A stretch of DNA of 63,355 nucleotides, counting the filler, from Licmophora abbreviata (Eukaryota), in the NCBI GenBank assembly GCA_900291995.1. It is 54 parts of 54 records of this genome, joined end to end, with 100 filler letters (N's around TTAATTAATTAA, not from the genome) between each part and the next. Parts side by side here need not be neighbours in the genome. Positions count along the whole stretch, not along the records: positions 22,824 to 23,909 come from OLMU01006735.1; positions 24,010 to 25,090 come from OLMU01006736.1; positions 25,191 to 26,269 come from OLMU01006737.1; positions 26,370 to 27,449 come from OLMU01006738.1; positions 27,550 to 28,625 come from OLMU01006739.1; positions 28,726 to 29,802 come from OLMU01006740.1; positions 29,903 to 30,977 come from OLMU01006741.1; positions 31,078 to 32,148 come from OLMU01006742.1; 46 more parts are not named here. One strand, 5' to 3'. This document shows, piece by piece, positions 22,825 to 33,421 of the stretch (position 1 is its first letter; every line of letters starts with the position of its first letter). The notes beneath the pieces were generated by a model. That model made no database searches, was not told the DNA's origin, and saw nothing but the letters and a program-made list of their open reading frames with translations. The position numbers were made by a program, and so were the translations under genes.

Positions 22825-23909
22825 GAGAAACTACTGCGAGAAGAGCTCGGACGATATTTTGAGCTGAAAGAGGAGAGTATTGGCCCGCCTAGGATTTATC
22901 TGGGCGGAAAAGTACGCAAGGTCCAACTCGAAAACGGCGTAATCTGCTGGGCCTTCAGTTCATCTCAATATGTGCAAGCTGCTGTCAAGAATGTAGAGGA
23001 GTACCTCAAGGAGAAGCATGATTCAGGAGACGTGACATTCGCGCTACCGAAGAAAGCGGAGACACCGATGACCACCTCATATCGGCCGGAACTCGACGTC
23101 ACTCCCGAATTGAACTCCGAGTATTCCTCGTACTATCAGTCGTTGATTGGGATTTTGCGGTGGATTGTTGAGCTTGGACGCGTGGATATCTGCCTTGAGT
23201 GCTCGATGATGTCCTCGCATCTCGCATTGCCGCGAGAAGGGCACCTGCACCAGGTTCTTCACGTCTTTGCACACCTAAAGAAATACCACAACGCTGAGTT
23301 GGTGTACGATCCATCTGTACCGTTTATTGACCATTCACAGTTTGAGGCAAAGGACTGGACTACTAGCGAGTTTGGACACGTACAAGGGCAAGAGGAGCTT
23401 CCGATTAATGCGCCGCCACCACGAGGTCTCGGTTTTTGGATGCGCGCCAAGGTTGACGCTGACCACGCCTCGGATACAATCTCACGCCGATCAAGGACGG
23501 GATTCGTTGTGTATCTGAACTGTGCGTTGGTGTACTGGATGAGTCGCAAACAGACGAGCGTGGAGTCGAGCAGTTTTGGGTCGGAGTTCGTGGCCATGAA
23601 GCAACTTTGTGAGTATCTTAGAGGCTTGAGATACAAGTTGCGTATGTTGGGAATCCCTGTGCTTGGACCAGTGTACATCCAAGGGGATAACCAATCTGTC
23701 TTAGCGAATACAACAATTCCGGAATCAACATTGAAGAAGAAGAATCAAAGCATCGCCTACCACTTCGTGCGCGAAGGAGCGGCCCGAGGCGAATGGCGAA
23801 CGGCGTACGTGAATACGCATGATAACGAGTCAGATTTGTTGACCAAATTGTTGCCGTCTGGAGACAAGCGTCGGTTGTTTGTGAGTCGGATGTTGCACCA
23901 CATCTATCA
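22825..23909 (+). mobile_element. Copia (CoDi-type) RT-RNase H C-terminal fragment
   Basis: YRPELDVTPEL, YQSLIGILRWIVELGRVDI, VDADHA..TISRRSRTG, SSFGSEFVAMK, GDNQSV and SDLLTK. Confidence 0.93.
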
Positions 23910-24189
23910 NNNNNNNNNNNNNNNNNNNNNNNNNNNNNNNNNNNNNNNNNNNNTTAATTAATTAANNNNNNNNNNNNNNNNNNNNNNNNNNNNNNNNNNN
24001 NNNNNNNNNTATCTGCTACTCTGTGCCTTGCCATTTTAACCCTAACCCTAACAGGTGTGGGGCTTTCAGAATATGATGTCTCACTTCCAATTGTTCGCCC
24101 CTCGTGTTTGCGACAGGGTAGTACTGGTTCTGCGGTAGTTAAAGCAGTAGTATAGTTGCATTCTACGGAGTACGAGGCAGTGGCTCCGT

Positions 24190-24960
24190 ATGACCAAGTC
24201 GTCAGGCTCCCGTCTCCCGTTTTGCTTCATGTCAGAAACAGCAATTCGAACGCTTCGTCCGCAATATCGAGCACTGGCATGTGAGGGAGAAAATCGTTGG
24301 CAAAAAAAAATGTCATGAACACGAAATCATCGATAGTCGCCTCTAGATCAAACGGGTTGTCAGGAATGACGTCTCCAGTCTCGAATTCGTATGCCATAAA
24401 GTCTCGAAAGACATTCATGTGCAACCACTCAAAGTTGGCATTGTATATATACATGTCCATGCCTTTGGTATTTCGCTGCAGGAGATTTCGTCTGGTCATA
24501 TCGAAAATATCTTTCTCGCGCAGGAGAACTAGGTTCGGTTCGTGTGTTGCTAGCCCAAGCATGATCCAGTCTCCGTCCCGCCCCATAATGCAATGCCTCT
24601 AATTCGGATCGTAGTTGTCCCGGTATTTTCTCTTTTCGTATGAAGTCCATCATCATCTTGTGTTTGCCCTCCCTGGTACATCGGGACCAGAAAAGATGAT
24701 GGTCAAGTGCTTCCATTTCGGGTTATGAGAAAGCTTGTATTACCGAATGAAATGTTCCATGTGTTTCGTGCACTCTTGGAAAAAGGGAGTTCCTGGAGTA
24801 AGTCAGTCAACTCAATAGCCGTCGTTCTGGAAACTTCGGTCCACTCTATCGACGGCGCTGTCTCTACCGCTAGGACGCTGTCTCTACCGCTAGGACACTT
24901 CACACTCTTCGCCAGAGGTTCTATATCTGGCTCCATCACTCGCGAGCTGACAAGCTCGCA
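24190..24960 (-). pseudogene. XRN1: Degenerate XRN 5'-3' exoribonuclease fragment (boundaries approximate)
   Basis: TPGTPFFQEC, SGPDVP.EG.HK, GRDGDWIMLGLATHEPN and IDDFVFMTFF..NDFLPHMP are spread over several frames. A 20-bp tandem duplication lies at 24856-24895. Confidence 0.8.
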
Positions 24961-25241
24961 CATCAGTTATTTGTAATATCAACTTTCGTTCGCTTGGTTG
25001 AGCACATCGCTCACCGGCGATATCCGGAGCTGGGGTTACCGATAGGTGTTGCGAGCAGGGGCCAACAAAACCATCTTGCGTGAAAGCGATNNNNNNNNNN
25101 NNNNNNNNNNNNNNNNNNNNNNNNNNNNNNNNNNTTAATTAATTAANNNNNNNNNNNNNNNNNNNNNNNNNNNNNNNNNNNNNNNNNNNNGGCCGGTTGT
25201 GGCCCCGCCATTCACGCCGGCCCATTGGGCCGACGCAAATC

Positions 25242-25940
25242 TCATTCCGACGCCGCGTTCGAGACGTCGATGCTGACACCCGGACCCATGGTCGAGGTCA
25301 GCGAAATCTTCTTCATGTAGGTGCCCTTGGCACCTGCCGGCTTGGCCTTGGCCACTGCCGTCACGAAGGCGCGCACGTTTTCCACCAGCTTGGCATCGTC
25401 AAACGACGCCTTGCCGACACCTGCATGCACGACACCGGCCTTTTCGGCCTTGAACTGGACTTCACCGCCCTTGGCGGCCTTGACGGCGTCACCTACGTCC
25501 ATGGTCACGGTGCCGACTTTGGGGTTCGGCATCAGGTTGCGCGGGCCAAGCACCTTGCCCAGACGACCGACGATCGGCATCATGTCCGGGGTTGCGATGC
25601 AGCGATCGAAATCGATCTTGCCGCCCTGAATGGTTTCCATCAGGTCTTCGGCGCCCACGATATCGGCACCTGCGGCCTGCGCTTCTTCGGCCTTGGCGCC
25701 ACGGGCGAACACGGCAACGCGCACGTCCTTGCCGGTGCCATTCGGCAGGCCGACAACACCGCGGACCATCTGGTCGGCGTGGCGCGGATCGACGCCGAGA
25801 TTCATCGAAATCTCGACCGTTTCATCGAATTTCGCGTTTGCGTTGGCCTTGATCAGCGCAACGGCTTCCTCGACGCTGAGGTTTTCCTTGCCAGCGAATG
25901 CCTCGCGTGCGGCGCGGGTGCGTTTTCCAAGCTTTGCCAT
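25242..25940 (-). CDS. rplA: Bacterial 50S ribosomal protein L1 (Rhodobacteraceae-like)
   Basis: [15 protein letters not shown]...[14 protein letters not shown]...[15 protein letters not shown], with high-GC codon usage. Confidence 0.98.
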   Translation of the reverse strand: MAKLGKRTRAAREAFAGKENLSVEEAVALIKANANAKFDETVEISMNLGVDPRHADQMVRGVVGLPNGTGKDVRVAVFARGAKAEEAQAAGADIVGAEDLMETIQGGKIDFDRCIATPDMMPIVGRLGKVLGPRNLMPNPKVGTVTMDVGDAVKAAKGGEVQFKAEKAGVVHAGVGKASFDDAKLVENVRAFVTAVAKAKPAGAKGTYMKKISLTSTMGPGVSIDVSNAASE

Positions 25941-25941
25941 C

Positions 25942-26268
25942 TTACTTCACCTCGATGCCCATGGAACGCGCGGAGCCGAGGATGATTTTCATCGCGGCGT
26001 CAACATCGTTCGCGTTCAGGTCTTTCCACTTGGCTTCGGCGATTTCGCGCACCTGCTTGGTGGACACTGTGCCAGCGGTCGCGCGGCCCGGCGTATTGGA
26101 CCCAGACTGCAGCTTTGCGGCCTTCTTGAGGTAGTACGACGCCGGCGGCGTCTTGATGTCCATCTCGAAAGACTTGTCCTGGTAATAGGTGATTACGGTC
26201 GGGCACGGCGCACCGGGCTCCATGTCCTGCGTCTTGGCGTTGAACGCCTTGCAGAATTCCATGATGTT
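25942..26268 (-). CDS. rplK: Bacterial 50S ribosomal protein L11, 5'-partial
   Basis: [13 protein letters not shown]...KTPPASY...[10 protein letters not shown], directly upstream of rplA. Confidence 0.98.
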   Translation of the reverse strand, partial: NIMEFCKAFNAKTQDMEPGAPCPTVITYYQDKSFEMDIKTPPASYYLKKAAKLQSGSNTPGRATAGTVSTKQVREIAEAKWKDLNANDVDAAMKIILGSARSMGIEVK

Positions 26269-26369
26269 GNNNNNNNNNNNNNNNNNNNNNNNNNNNNNNN
26301 NNNNNNNNNNNNNTTAATTAATTAANNNNNNNNNNNNNNNNNNNNNNNNNNNNNNNNNNNNNNNNNNNN

Positions 26370-26953
26370 CTATAGGTAGTAAATATTAATGAGGAAATAC
26401 GAAAAAAACGTTGCTGACTAGAGGCACACGTTTAAATAATATATTGGCCCCGAAAATTCGAGATTTTTCTGCGAATGTACCACAGTCAGACGCTCTTGTG
26501 TTTGTTATAGTAGATAAAAGTAAGCTCTCCAGCTTAACAGGTAGTTTGATTTTTGACAAAACTTGTTCAGTCTCACTTGACACAATATTATTTATTGAAA
26601 AAATGAGTAATATGTAAAGACAATAGGTCAACTTTATATAAAGCCGCATTCAGCACGGATAATCTGTTAGCTGCATATGGCCAAATAAAATCTAAACCTG
26701 GAAATTTTAACACTGCACCAAGTGGAGAAAACCCTGCAGGGTACTAGTTTAAAATGGTTTAAGAATCACTAGCAATAAACTACTTAAAGGTTTATTTGTT
26801 TACCCAAAAATGCGTCGCGTTTCCATTCAAATTTTCTTTTTTAATGCTTATAACTGTGGTAATTCCCCCTTAGCTCTAAAGCTAAGGGGTTTTCGGTGAA
26901 AGCTGTATAGGTGAAAGCCTTCGTACAGCTTCGAGGGCATGTTCTGACCCGCT
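26370..26953 (+). mobile_element. 3' part of an internal (nested) group II intron with a decayed ORF remnant
   Basis: Frameshifted RT0-RT1 remnant at 26634-26831 (NLLAAYGQIKSKPGN...KWF...YPKMRRVSI). Domain V AAGCTGTATAGGTGAAAGCCTTCGTACAGCTT at 26900-26931. Domain VI GGGCA-TGTTC-TG(A)CCC with bulged A at 26947. Confidence 0.8.
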
Positions 26954-27449
26954 TATACTTTCGTTTATCTTGTTCGTTCACAATTTATAAAAAGTAAATG
27001 GCTACATAGACATAAGCCTGAGTATAGACTTCAAGGTAGACCTAAACTATATGTTTATCCTTCAAAAACAGCTCTTAAATCTTTTAAAACCTGTTTTAAA
27101 TGTATTATAACAAAAAACCAAAATGTTTCTGCCTATAAATTAATTGCATTTTTAAATCCAAGAATTAAAAGCTGGGTTAATTACTATTCATTTTCAAATG
27201 CCCGAGGAGTTTTAAGCTTTTTACGTAACTGGATTTATGTAAGAGTCGTAATTTGGATGAAACGAAAACATCCGAAAAGTTCAACAATTTGGTTAAACAA
27301 ACATTATTTTTTACTAGAAAATTTTTTAGAAGAGCACAACTTGAAAGAAAATCCTAAAATAGTGGATTACTTCGCAAAAAAAGGTTTCTCACCACTAGTA
27401 AAACAAAATAAATGGAATTTTTATGGAATTGCACGAAAAAGTTGGGAAG
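26954..27449 (+). CDS. External group II intron-encoded RT/maturase, from RT7 through domain X (partial)
   Basis: The frame opens at YTFVYLVR...LYVYPSKTALKSFK...LIAFLNPRIKSWVNYYSF...WMKRKHPK, 101 stop-free codons before the ATG at 27257. Confidence 0.88.
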
Positions 27450-28725
27450 NNNNNNNNNNNNNNNNNNNNNNNNNNNNNNNNNNNNNNNNNNNNTTAATTA
27501 ATTAANNNNNNNNNNNNNNNNNNNNNNNNNNNNNNNNNNNNNNNNNNNNTCGTGAAATTTGAAAATAGAGAGGGGCTAGATGTGCCCTACGGGGGTACAA
27601 AATGACTCAACATCTATATCATTTAGGCCCAAAGGACATTAGCAGCGAGCTATCTGCCTCTAATGCCAGAAACAACTATGCCTCGCTCATTAAAGTATTT
27701 GTATACATACGGTTTTTAAATTCCAAAGATTTATTAAGTATTAAGCCCTCTTTTCCCAGAGTCATTGAGAGGCCGAGACCGTCGATTTTGATGTTTGGAA
27801 GTACGATACTGTGAGCGATGCATACTATACTCTGCACTGAGTAGTAATTACCAACAAGTGCTGTAAATGTCAATCTTGACCTGCGCATTTTTTATTATGT
27901 TCCCAGACGGCAAGTCCATACGGAAGAAGGAGCACAGAAGCAATCATGGTGGCTGTACGGCTATACAGAGAGTATGATGGCACAGAACACAGGACGCAAT
28001 CATTCGCGCTCGTTGCGAACCAAAGATGTCATCGAAAGCTCGTGCTCTATTTTGACGGTTTGCCGGTCGCGCCTACGTACCAATTTACATCAATACATAG
28101 ACGATAGAAGGCTTCTTCTCTCTTTGCACCAACCAACCTATTGCTGCTACGAATACTGTACCACATTGCCAATACTACTATGATACTGCTTTGTCGTAGT
28201 ATGGAACATTTGGGACTATCTATTAGTAGTACATTTTGTTTCGTAGAAGTAGCCGAAGACGAAAAGCATACCGATACACTCTTAGGATAAGAACCTCCAG
28301 AGAGACGCGTTCTGGTACGCTGTCGTGATTTGGCTGTCAAGTGACACTGCATGGTGAGCATCGATCAAAGCTATCAGCAGATATCAAGAAAAGACTATTC
28401 GGTCAGCCTCTGAGACTTCAATCACGTGAATCGCTCCTTGAACTGGACCGTGAGCCTGATCTGGATTCGGATTCAGACCTTGTTTCGGAGTCGGACTTCG
28501 CGCTTGATTTCGTTTCTAAATTGGAAGAATCTGATCGGGAAGATCCCGATGAGGAGGATGAGTTTTCTGAACTAGAAGAAGCCTTTTGCCATGCTCGAGC
28601 CCACCAAGGTTCTGGGGTGGACCCCNNNNNNNNNNNNNNNNNNNNNNNNNNNNNNNNNNNNNNNNNNNNTTAATTAATTAANNNNNNNNNNNNNNNNNNN
28701 NNNNNNNNNNNNNNNNNNNNNNNNN

Positions 28726-29802
28726 TGATTCAATAGCCGAGCTCTTCCACTCGTCAAACCCTCGCGTGGTCAAGTATTTTGATCGAATGAACTTCTCTTT
28801 GTTTGGCAAGACTTTTGTGTTGACAAAGTCCTTCAGCGCTGTGATGTAGGTGCTACCAAAGGCATTGACAACTTCGGTGTCAGTGAAGAACAATTCCATG
28901 AGAATCTTGTACGAGACCTCAAACTCTTCCTCGGTTTCGATCTCCTTTGCCCAGGAGTACAGCCAAGCCTGGAATACATTGCGGAGAATTTTTGCTTCCA
29001 CGGCTTTCTGGGGTGGCCCATGCTGGACTCGGAGGAGCCCGCGACTGAACATGTGCCAGCAACACAGACGGTCTTTGCTGGATGGAAGGTGTTTCGGTAG
29101 AATTGCCCAGATTGGGCCATGTTCACACTCGTCATTGTCAGTGAGGTTGAGAGACACGCGTTGGAGCCCTGGCTTGGGCAGAAGGAACGGAATAGCTACA
29201 TCCCACGTCCAATAGAATGCCCACTTGCACCCTGACGGCATGAATGAGCGCAGAACTGTAAATGTCGGCAATGTCTTGGAGAGGTCGCTTTTCGTCGTTT
29301 GTCTTGTGGACAACATCTGAAAATAGAACTTCTGGGAAGAGAGAGAACATGCGGCGCTCTGCATCAGTTACCCATGCGCATGCAAGCAAGATTTTTGCTC
29401 CTTTGTCTACCATGAGATTCCGTCGCGTTTGGCTCAAGTACTCATGGCATGACTCATCAGCTTCGTTTGACTGTGGATTATCGATCGAATCTGATTCAAT
29501 ATCGAATGTTGGGCCATTGGTTCCGGAGCTACATTGAAGCACAATTGACTTTCGTGGACGGCCGGGATTCTTCTCGGAGAGTAGGGCTGTATCAGGTGGC
29601 CCATAAAGAGCTATGTACGTGATGTCGGGTGTTTCCTCGAGGAATTTCAACAACCTCTCAGCCGGAGTGAGCCCCTCTTCATCTATCGACCCTTTGGTGG
29701 TGCTCAGCTCCATTTTCTTAATGTGCTCCATCTGATGACGGCTAAGGAGGCAGTCTGTCCGATGGTGTATCAGCTTGCGTCCAAGGCTGCTGGCTTGTAA
29801 CG
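28726..29802 (-). mobile_element. Mutator-like (MULE) transposase fragment, frameshifted near 29270
   Basis: LFPEVLFSDVVHKTNDEKRPL, then in another frame TFTVLRSFMPS..W.F.W...LTDND...RLCCWH. Confidence 0.82.
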
Positions 29803-29994
29803 NNNNNNNNNNNNNNNNNNNNNNNNNNNNNNNNNNNNNNNNNNNNTTAATTAATTAANNNNNNNNNNNNNNNNNNNNNNNNNNNNNNNNNNNNNNNNNN
29901 NNCTTCTTAAAAATCTATACTGAGCTGCAGAGTGGTCTCTCTCTCTGCTAGTCTTTGTTGCTTGCTCTCCATTTCTCTATCAGTCCGCCCCCCT

Positions 29995-30645
29995 CTATCT
30001 CAACGCCAAAATCTCCACGTCAAAGGCCAGAGCCGACTCCAGAGCATTCAGCCGATCCATCTCTCGCTGCAGGACCGGCAGCTGTCCTGTCTGCATTCCC
30101 TTTTCCACCAAATCTGCCGGGACGTGAATATGTCGCGCTCCAGTCACTCGCATGCCCAGCAGTCCCTCTTCGAGCGATGGAAGCAATTGCCCCGATCCGA
30201 CGGTGAATTGAGCCGTCGCTCGCGAGAGCATGTTATTGTAAGCATCCTTGACATGCACATGGGCCTTGACTAGCGACCCCTCTTGCACTTGGAGGTCAGT
30301 AGGAGTGTCGTGGCCGACTCGGACTTCCTGGTACGAAACGCCGCTCGCTAGCTCTTGATAGGGCAGCTGTTCGCGACGGAGGGCCTCCTTCTTGAGCTTG
30401 GCCGTGACATGGTAGGCGGCGGGGCTGGCATGAGCCGGGTTGTTTGCCGAAGTACCGAGAGCGACAAAAGCCAGAGCCGTCGACATGAAGTCTCTCCGAG
30501 ACGAAGCATCAGCGTGCTGCTCAATCGCCGGAGGTCCATTCGAGGACATTGGCGAGGTAGGAGTGGGCAAGGGGCCCACGCTAAAGGCTCCTGTCGACGC
30601 GGCCAGGCATGTCAGAACGGCGATCTTCTTGCACGTGTTCGTCAT
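29995..30645 (-). CDS. Divergent FKBP-like protein, predicted plastid/thylakoid-lumen targeted
   Basis: Signal ending TGA-FSV and Tat motif SRRDF...AHA. FKBP-like SGVSYQEVRVG...FTVGSGQLLPSLEEGLLGMRVTGARHIHVPADL...LAFDVEIL. Confidence 0.75.
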   Translation of the reverse strand: MTNTCKKIAVLTCLAASTGAFSVGPLPTPTSPMSSNGPPAIEQHADASSRRDFMSTALAFVALGTSANNPAHASPAAYHVTAKLKKEALRREQLPYQELASGVSYQEVRVGHDTPTDLQVQEGSLVKAHVHVKDAYNNMLSRATAQFTVGSGQLLPSLEEGLLGMRVTGARHIHVPADLVEKGMQTGQLPVLQREMDRLNALESALAFDVEILALR

Positions 30646-31077
30646 GGTCGTCGGGGTTATTGATTGGCGGTGTCTTTCGTCTTAGAAGCAACCAATGGCG
30701 GTCGAACAGAAAGAACAATTCGCACTGTCATCTTGTGAGACGGCAAACAGCTGGCCACGACATCATTCGGGCGCACTTTCGAGGGGATGTACGATACGCG
30801 ATAGAAATTCTACGTAGGATTCTACAGAAAAGACGCGGAGTTGCGCACAGACTGATGTCAGAGCTGATATGGTGATCGGTTCTTGCGAAGACAGACGACT
30901 CGACTGCATCGACTACGAGCGACGTGAGCACAAGTATTTCTGATTCTAGCTACGATAAGTCCAACCACGAGGCTTCANNNNNNNNNNNNNNNNNNNNNNN
31001 NNNNNNNNNNNNNNNNNNNNNTTAATTAATTAANNNNNNNNNNNNNNNNNNNNNNNNNNNNNNNNNNNNNNNNNNNN

Positions 31078-31214
31078 GTGATGGCGGACCCATGTCGGGC
31101 GCCCAATCGTCAGCCGCCCCCGCGACTGTGTGCGGAGAGCGGGCATCACTTTGCCACTGGGGTTTCCCCGGGAAGGCCGATGCCCGCAGTGACCCGCGAG
31201 CCAGGAGACCGGCC
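31078..31214 (+). promoter_or_regulatory. Cobalamin riboswitch (5' end cut by contig edge)
   Basis: GCCCCCGCGACTGT, GCCACTG...GGGAAGG and B12 box AGCCAGGAGACCGGCC, upstream of a metal transporter. Confidence 0.92.
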
Positions 31215-31346
31215 ATACAACGGGCGTTCGCGCCCGGCCCACAAACAACGGACGGGGTGTGCCGTTGAGGGACCGAGACAGGCGCAGTGCGTCTGGCGGA
31301 CCTTCGGACGCTACCCCCCTTCAGCAAAGACCCGAAGGGGACAGAC

Positions 31347-31991
31347 ATGAAGAAATACATCACCATCGCCGCCGCGACGCTTGGCGCGACACCTGCCTTG
31401 GCCCACCACCCGTTGGCCGGACAGCCCATGGACACGTTCGTGCAGGGCCTGATGTCCGGTGTCGGGCATCCGGTTCTGGGCTTCGACCATCTGTTTTTCG
31501 TGATCGCCATGGGCGTTGCTGCGCTGTTCACCACACGCCGCCTGATGGCGCCGGCGGCCTATGTCGCGGCTATGCTGGCGGGCTGCGGCCTGATGTATGC
31601 CGGGATTGCCATGCCGGTGAAGGAAGCGATGATCGCGGTCTCGCTGCTGGCGGTTGGCGGCATCGTGCTGTCGGGGCGCAGCTTGGGCGCAGGTACGGCT
31701 GTGGCGCTTTTCGCGGCCTTCGGCCTGTTCCACGGCTCGGCCTTTGGCGACAGTATCGCGGCACAGGAAGGTGGCGTGAACGCGGCCGTGCTGAGCGGAT
31801 ACCTGATCGGTCTGGGCGTGATCCAGTATGCCGTGGCGATCGCCGCGGGCTGGGCGGCTGAAAAGCTGCTTGGTGCGACCGAGGCGGCGTCGGTGAATGC
31901 GCGCCTTGTCGGCGCGATGATTGCCGGTGTCGGCGTGTTCCTCTGCCTCGAGATCGCGGAAGGCCCGCTGGTGGGCATGATCACCGGCTGA
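31347..31991 (+). CDS. hupE: HupE/UreJ-family Ni/Co transporter (bacterial)
   Basis: RBS GAAGGGG, signal peptide ending ALA-HH, GVGHPVLGFDHLFFV and FGLFHGSAFG. Confidence 0.92.
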   Translation: MKKYITIAAATLGATPALAHHPLAGQPMDTFVQGLMSGVGHPVLGFDHLFFVIAMGVAALFTTRRLMAPAAYVAAMLAGCGLMYAGIAMPVKEAMIAVSLLAVGGIVLSGRSLGAGTAVALFAAFGLFHGSAFGDSIAAQEGGVNAAVLSGYLIGLGVIQYAVAIAAGWAAEKLLGATEAASVNARLVGAMIAGVGVFLCLEIAEGPLVGMITG

Positions 31992-32003
31992 CAAGGATGT
32001 GCC

Positions 32004-32044
32004 ACGGGCGGGTGCGGGCCATGACGGCGGCGCACCCGCCCCGT
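32004..32044 (+). terminator. GC-rich intergenic hairpin (no U-tract; terminator or stabiliser)
   Basis: 11-bp stem GGGCGGGTGCG...CGCACCCGCCC after the hupE stop. Confidence 0.4.
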
Positions 32045-32063
32045 TCCGGTTGATGAGAGAGCC

Positions 32064-32148
32064 ATGCCGCGGAGCGTGATCCTTTTGGCGACAGGTCTGT
32101 TTCTGGGGGTCGGGCTGGGCTTTGTGCTGGGGGCTGGAACGTCACCGC
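32064..32148 (+). CDS. Start of a bacterial exported or membrane protein
   Basis: GAGAG then MPRSVILLATGLFLGVGLGFVLGAG, open to the contig edge. Confidence 0.55.
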
Positions 32149-32248
32149 NNNNNNNNNNNNNNNNNNNNNNNNNNNNNNNNNNNNNNNNNNNNTTAATTAA
32201 TTAANNNNNNNNNNNNNNNNNNNNNNNNNNNNNNNNNNNNNNNNNNNN

Positions 32249-33321
32249 TATCGGCCGGAAGCATCGGTGGGCCGCTGATCTTCCCGGGCGGACTCCCCGT
32301 ATCAGCAAAGGTACTGCTAAGCGGGTTGCTTTTCATCGATGCAGCAAGAGACGAGTCCACACTGCCGTTCTCTGATATTGAATCTTCCTCGTCTTCGCGA
32401 AGTGAGGACATGGTCAAGTGCAGATTGTCCTCTTTCTCGTCCAAGTTGTATAAGCTGTGGAACTCATAATTCGGCAAAAGTCTGCGGCGTTGTCGTTCGT
32501 AGCTCTCAGTCAAGTCAAGCTTCCACCGAGTGACAATCTCCAGAGCAGCCTTTTTGTCGCCCCGAGCATCGTCCTCAAGCAAATTCTTTGTCGGAGCCTC
32601 TTCATTGTTGACAAACAATGCCTTTAGCAAGATCTTTCGAGGAAAAGAAGACTCGTCGCTTTGCCACAACCCGCCTTCCCATATCGAGCATGACCCCTTC
32701 AGCTGACGAAGAAGAATTTTCCATTGCATTGCTCCGGACGACAGATCGTCGAAGCCTTGCCGTTTCCACAAAAGATGGCTCTCTGCAGTCTTCTCATAGC
32801 ATCGCTGATGAAGTTCAGCTCGCGCAAGCCCGCCCAATATCGTACGATCCGAAGAATCCTGCGACGTTAACCGTAACAACATGCTCTTTTGCTCGTTCTC
32901 GATTGCATCCTCGGGAGAACTTGCGGTCGGGGGAGGAAGCAGCTCAACCGCCTTCTCATGGATGCCCAGAAAAACAGTCTCAACCTGAGACGAGTTTCGC
33001 TCGAGCCACTCGAAAAAAGTTCCATACTTTCGTTTTGGGCCGCGACCTCCGATCGAGGACGAGCGACCACCTTTCCGCGGCACGGTCCCTACGCTTTCCG
33101 ATATTGTTGCTGCTTCGTGAGCGACAAGCAATGCACCGAAGCCTCCGCGGTTCATGATGTCAATGGTTTCCATCTTGTCGCCACGCTGCACCTCGGTGAT
33201 CATTAGCTCAGACATCAAAGTCCTTCGTTGCTGCAGCAGAGTAACCACTATCGACACAGCTTTATCTGGAAGCCCTTGTTTCTCGTCAAAGAGCAACGTA
33301 TGTACCTCGTCCATCAAAGAG
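32249..33321 (-). CDS. Internal fragment of a BEACH-domain (neurobeachin-like) protein
   Basis: Long open frame. RWKLDLTESYERQRRRLLPNYEF is typical of the region before PH-BEACH. Confidence 0.7.
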
Positions 33322-33421
33322 NNNNNNNNNNNNNNNNNNNNNNNNNNNNNNNNNNNNNNNNNNNNTTAATTAATTAANNNNNNNNNNNNNNNNNNNNNNN
33401 NNNNNNNNNNNNNNNNNNNNN

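Noticed and set aside
24037..24052. TAACCC repeats as a telomere
   Set aside because: Only about 2.5 units, internal to the contig; this could arise by chance.
25191..26269. Bacterial genes as horizontal transfer into the diatom
   Set aside because: The whole contig is bacterial in GC and operon structure with no eukaryotic flank, so contamination is the simpler explanation.
28420..28625. Ser/Arg-rich minus-strand C-terminus and acidic plus-strand ORF
   Set aside because: Low complexity and too short to assign; not reported as a feature.
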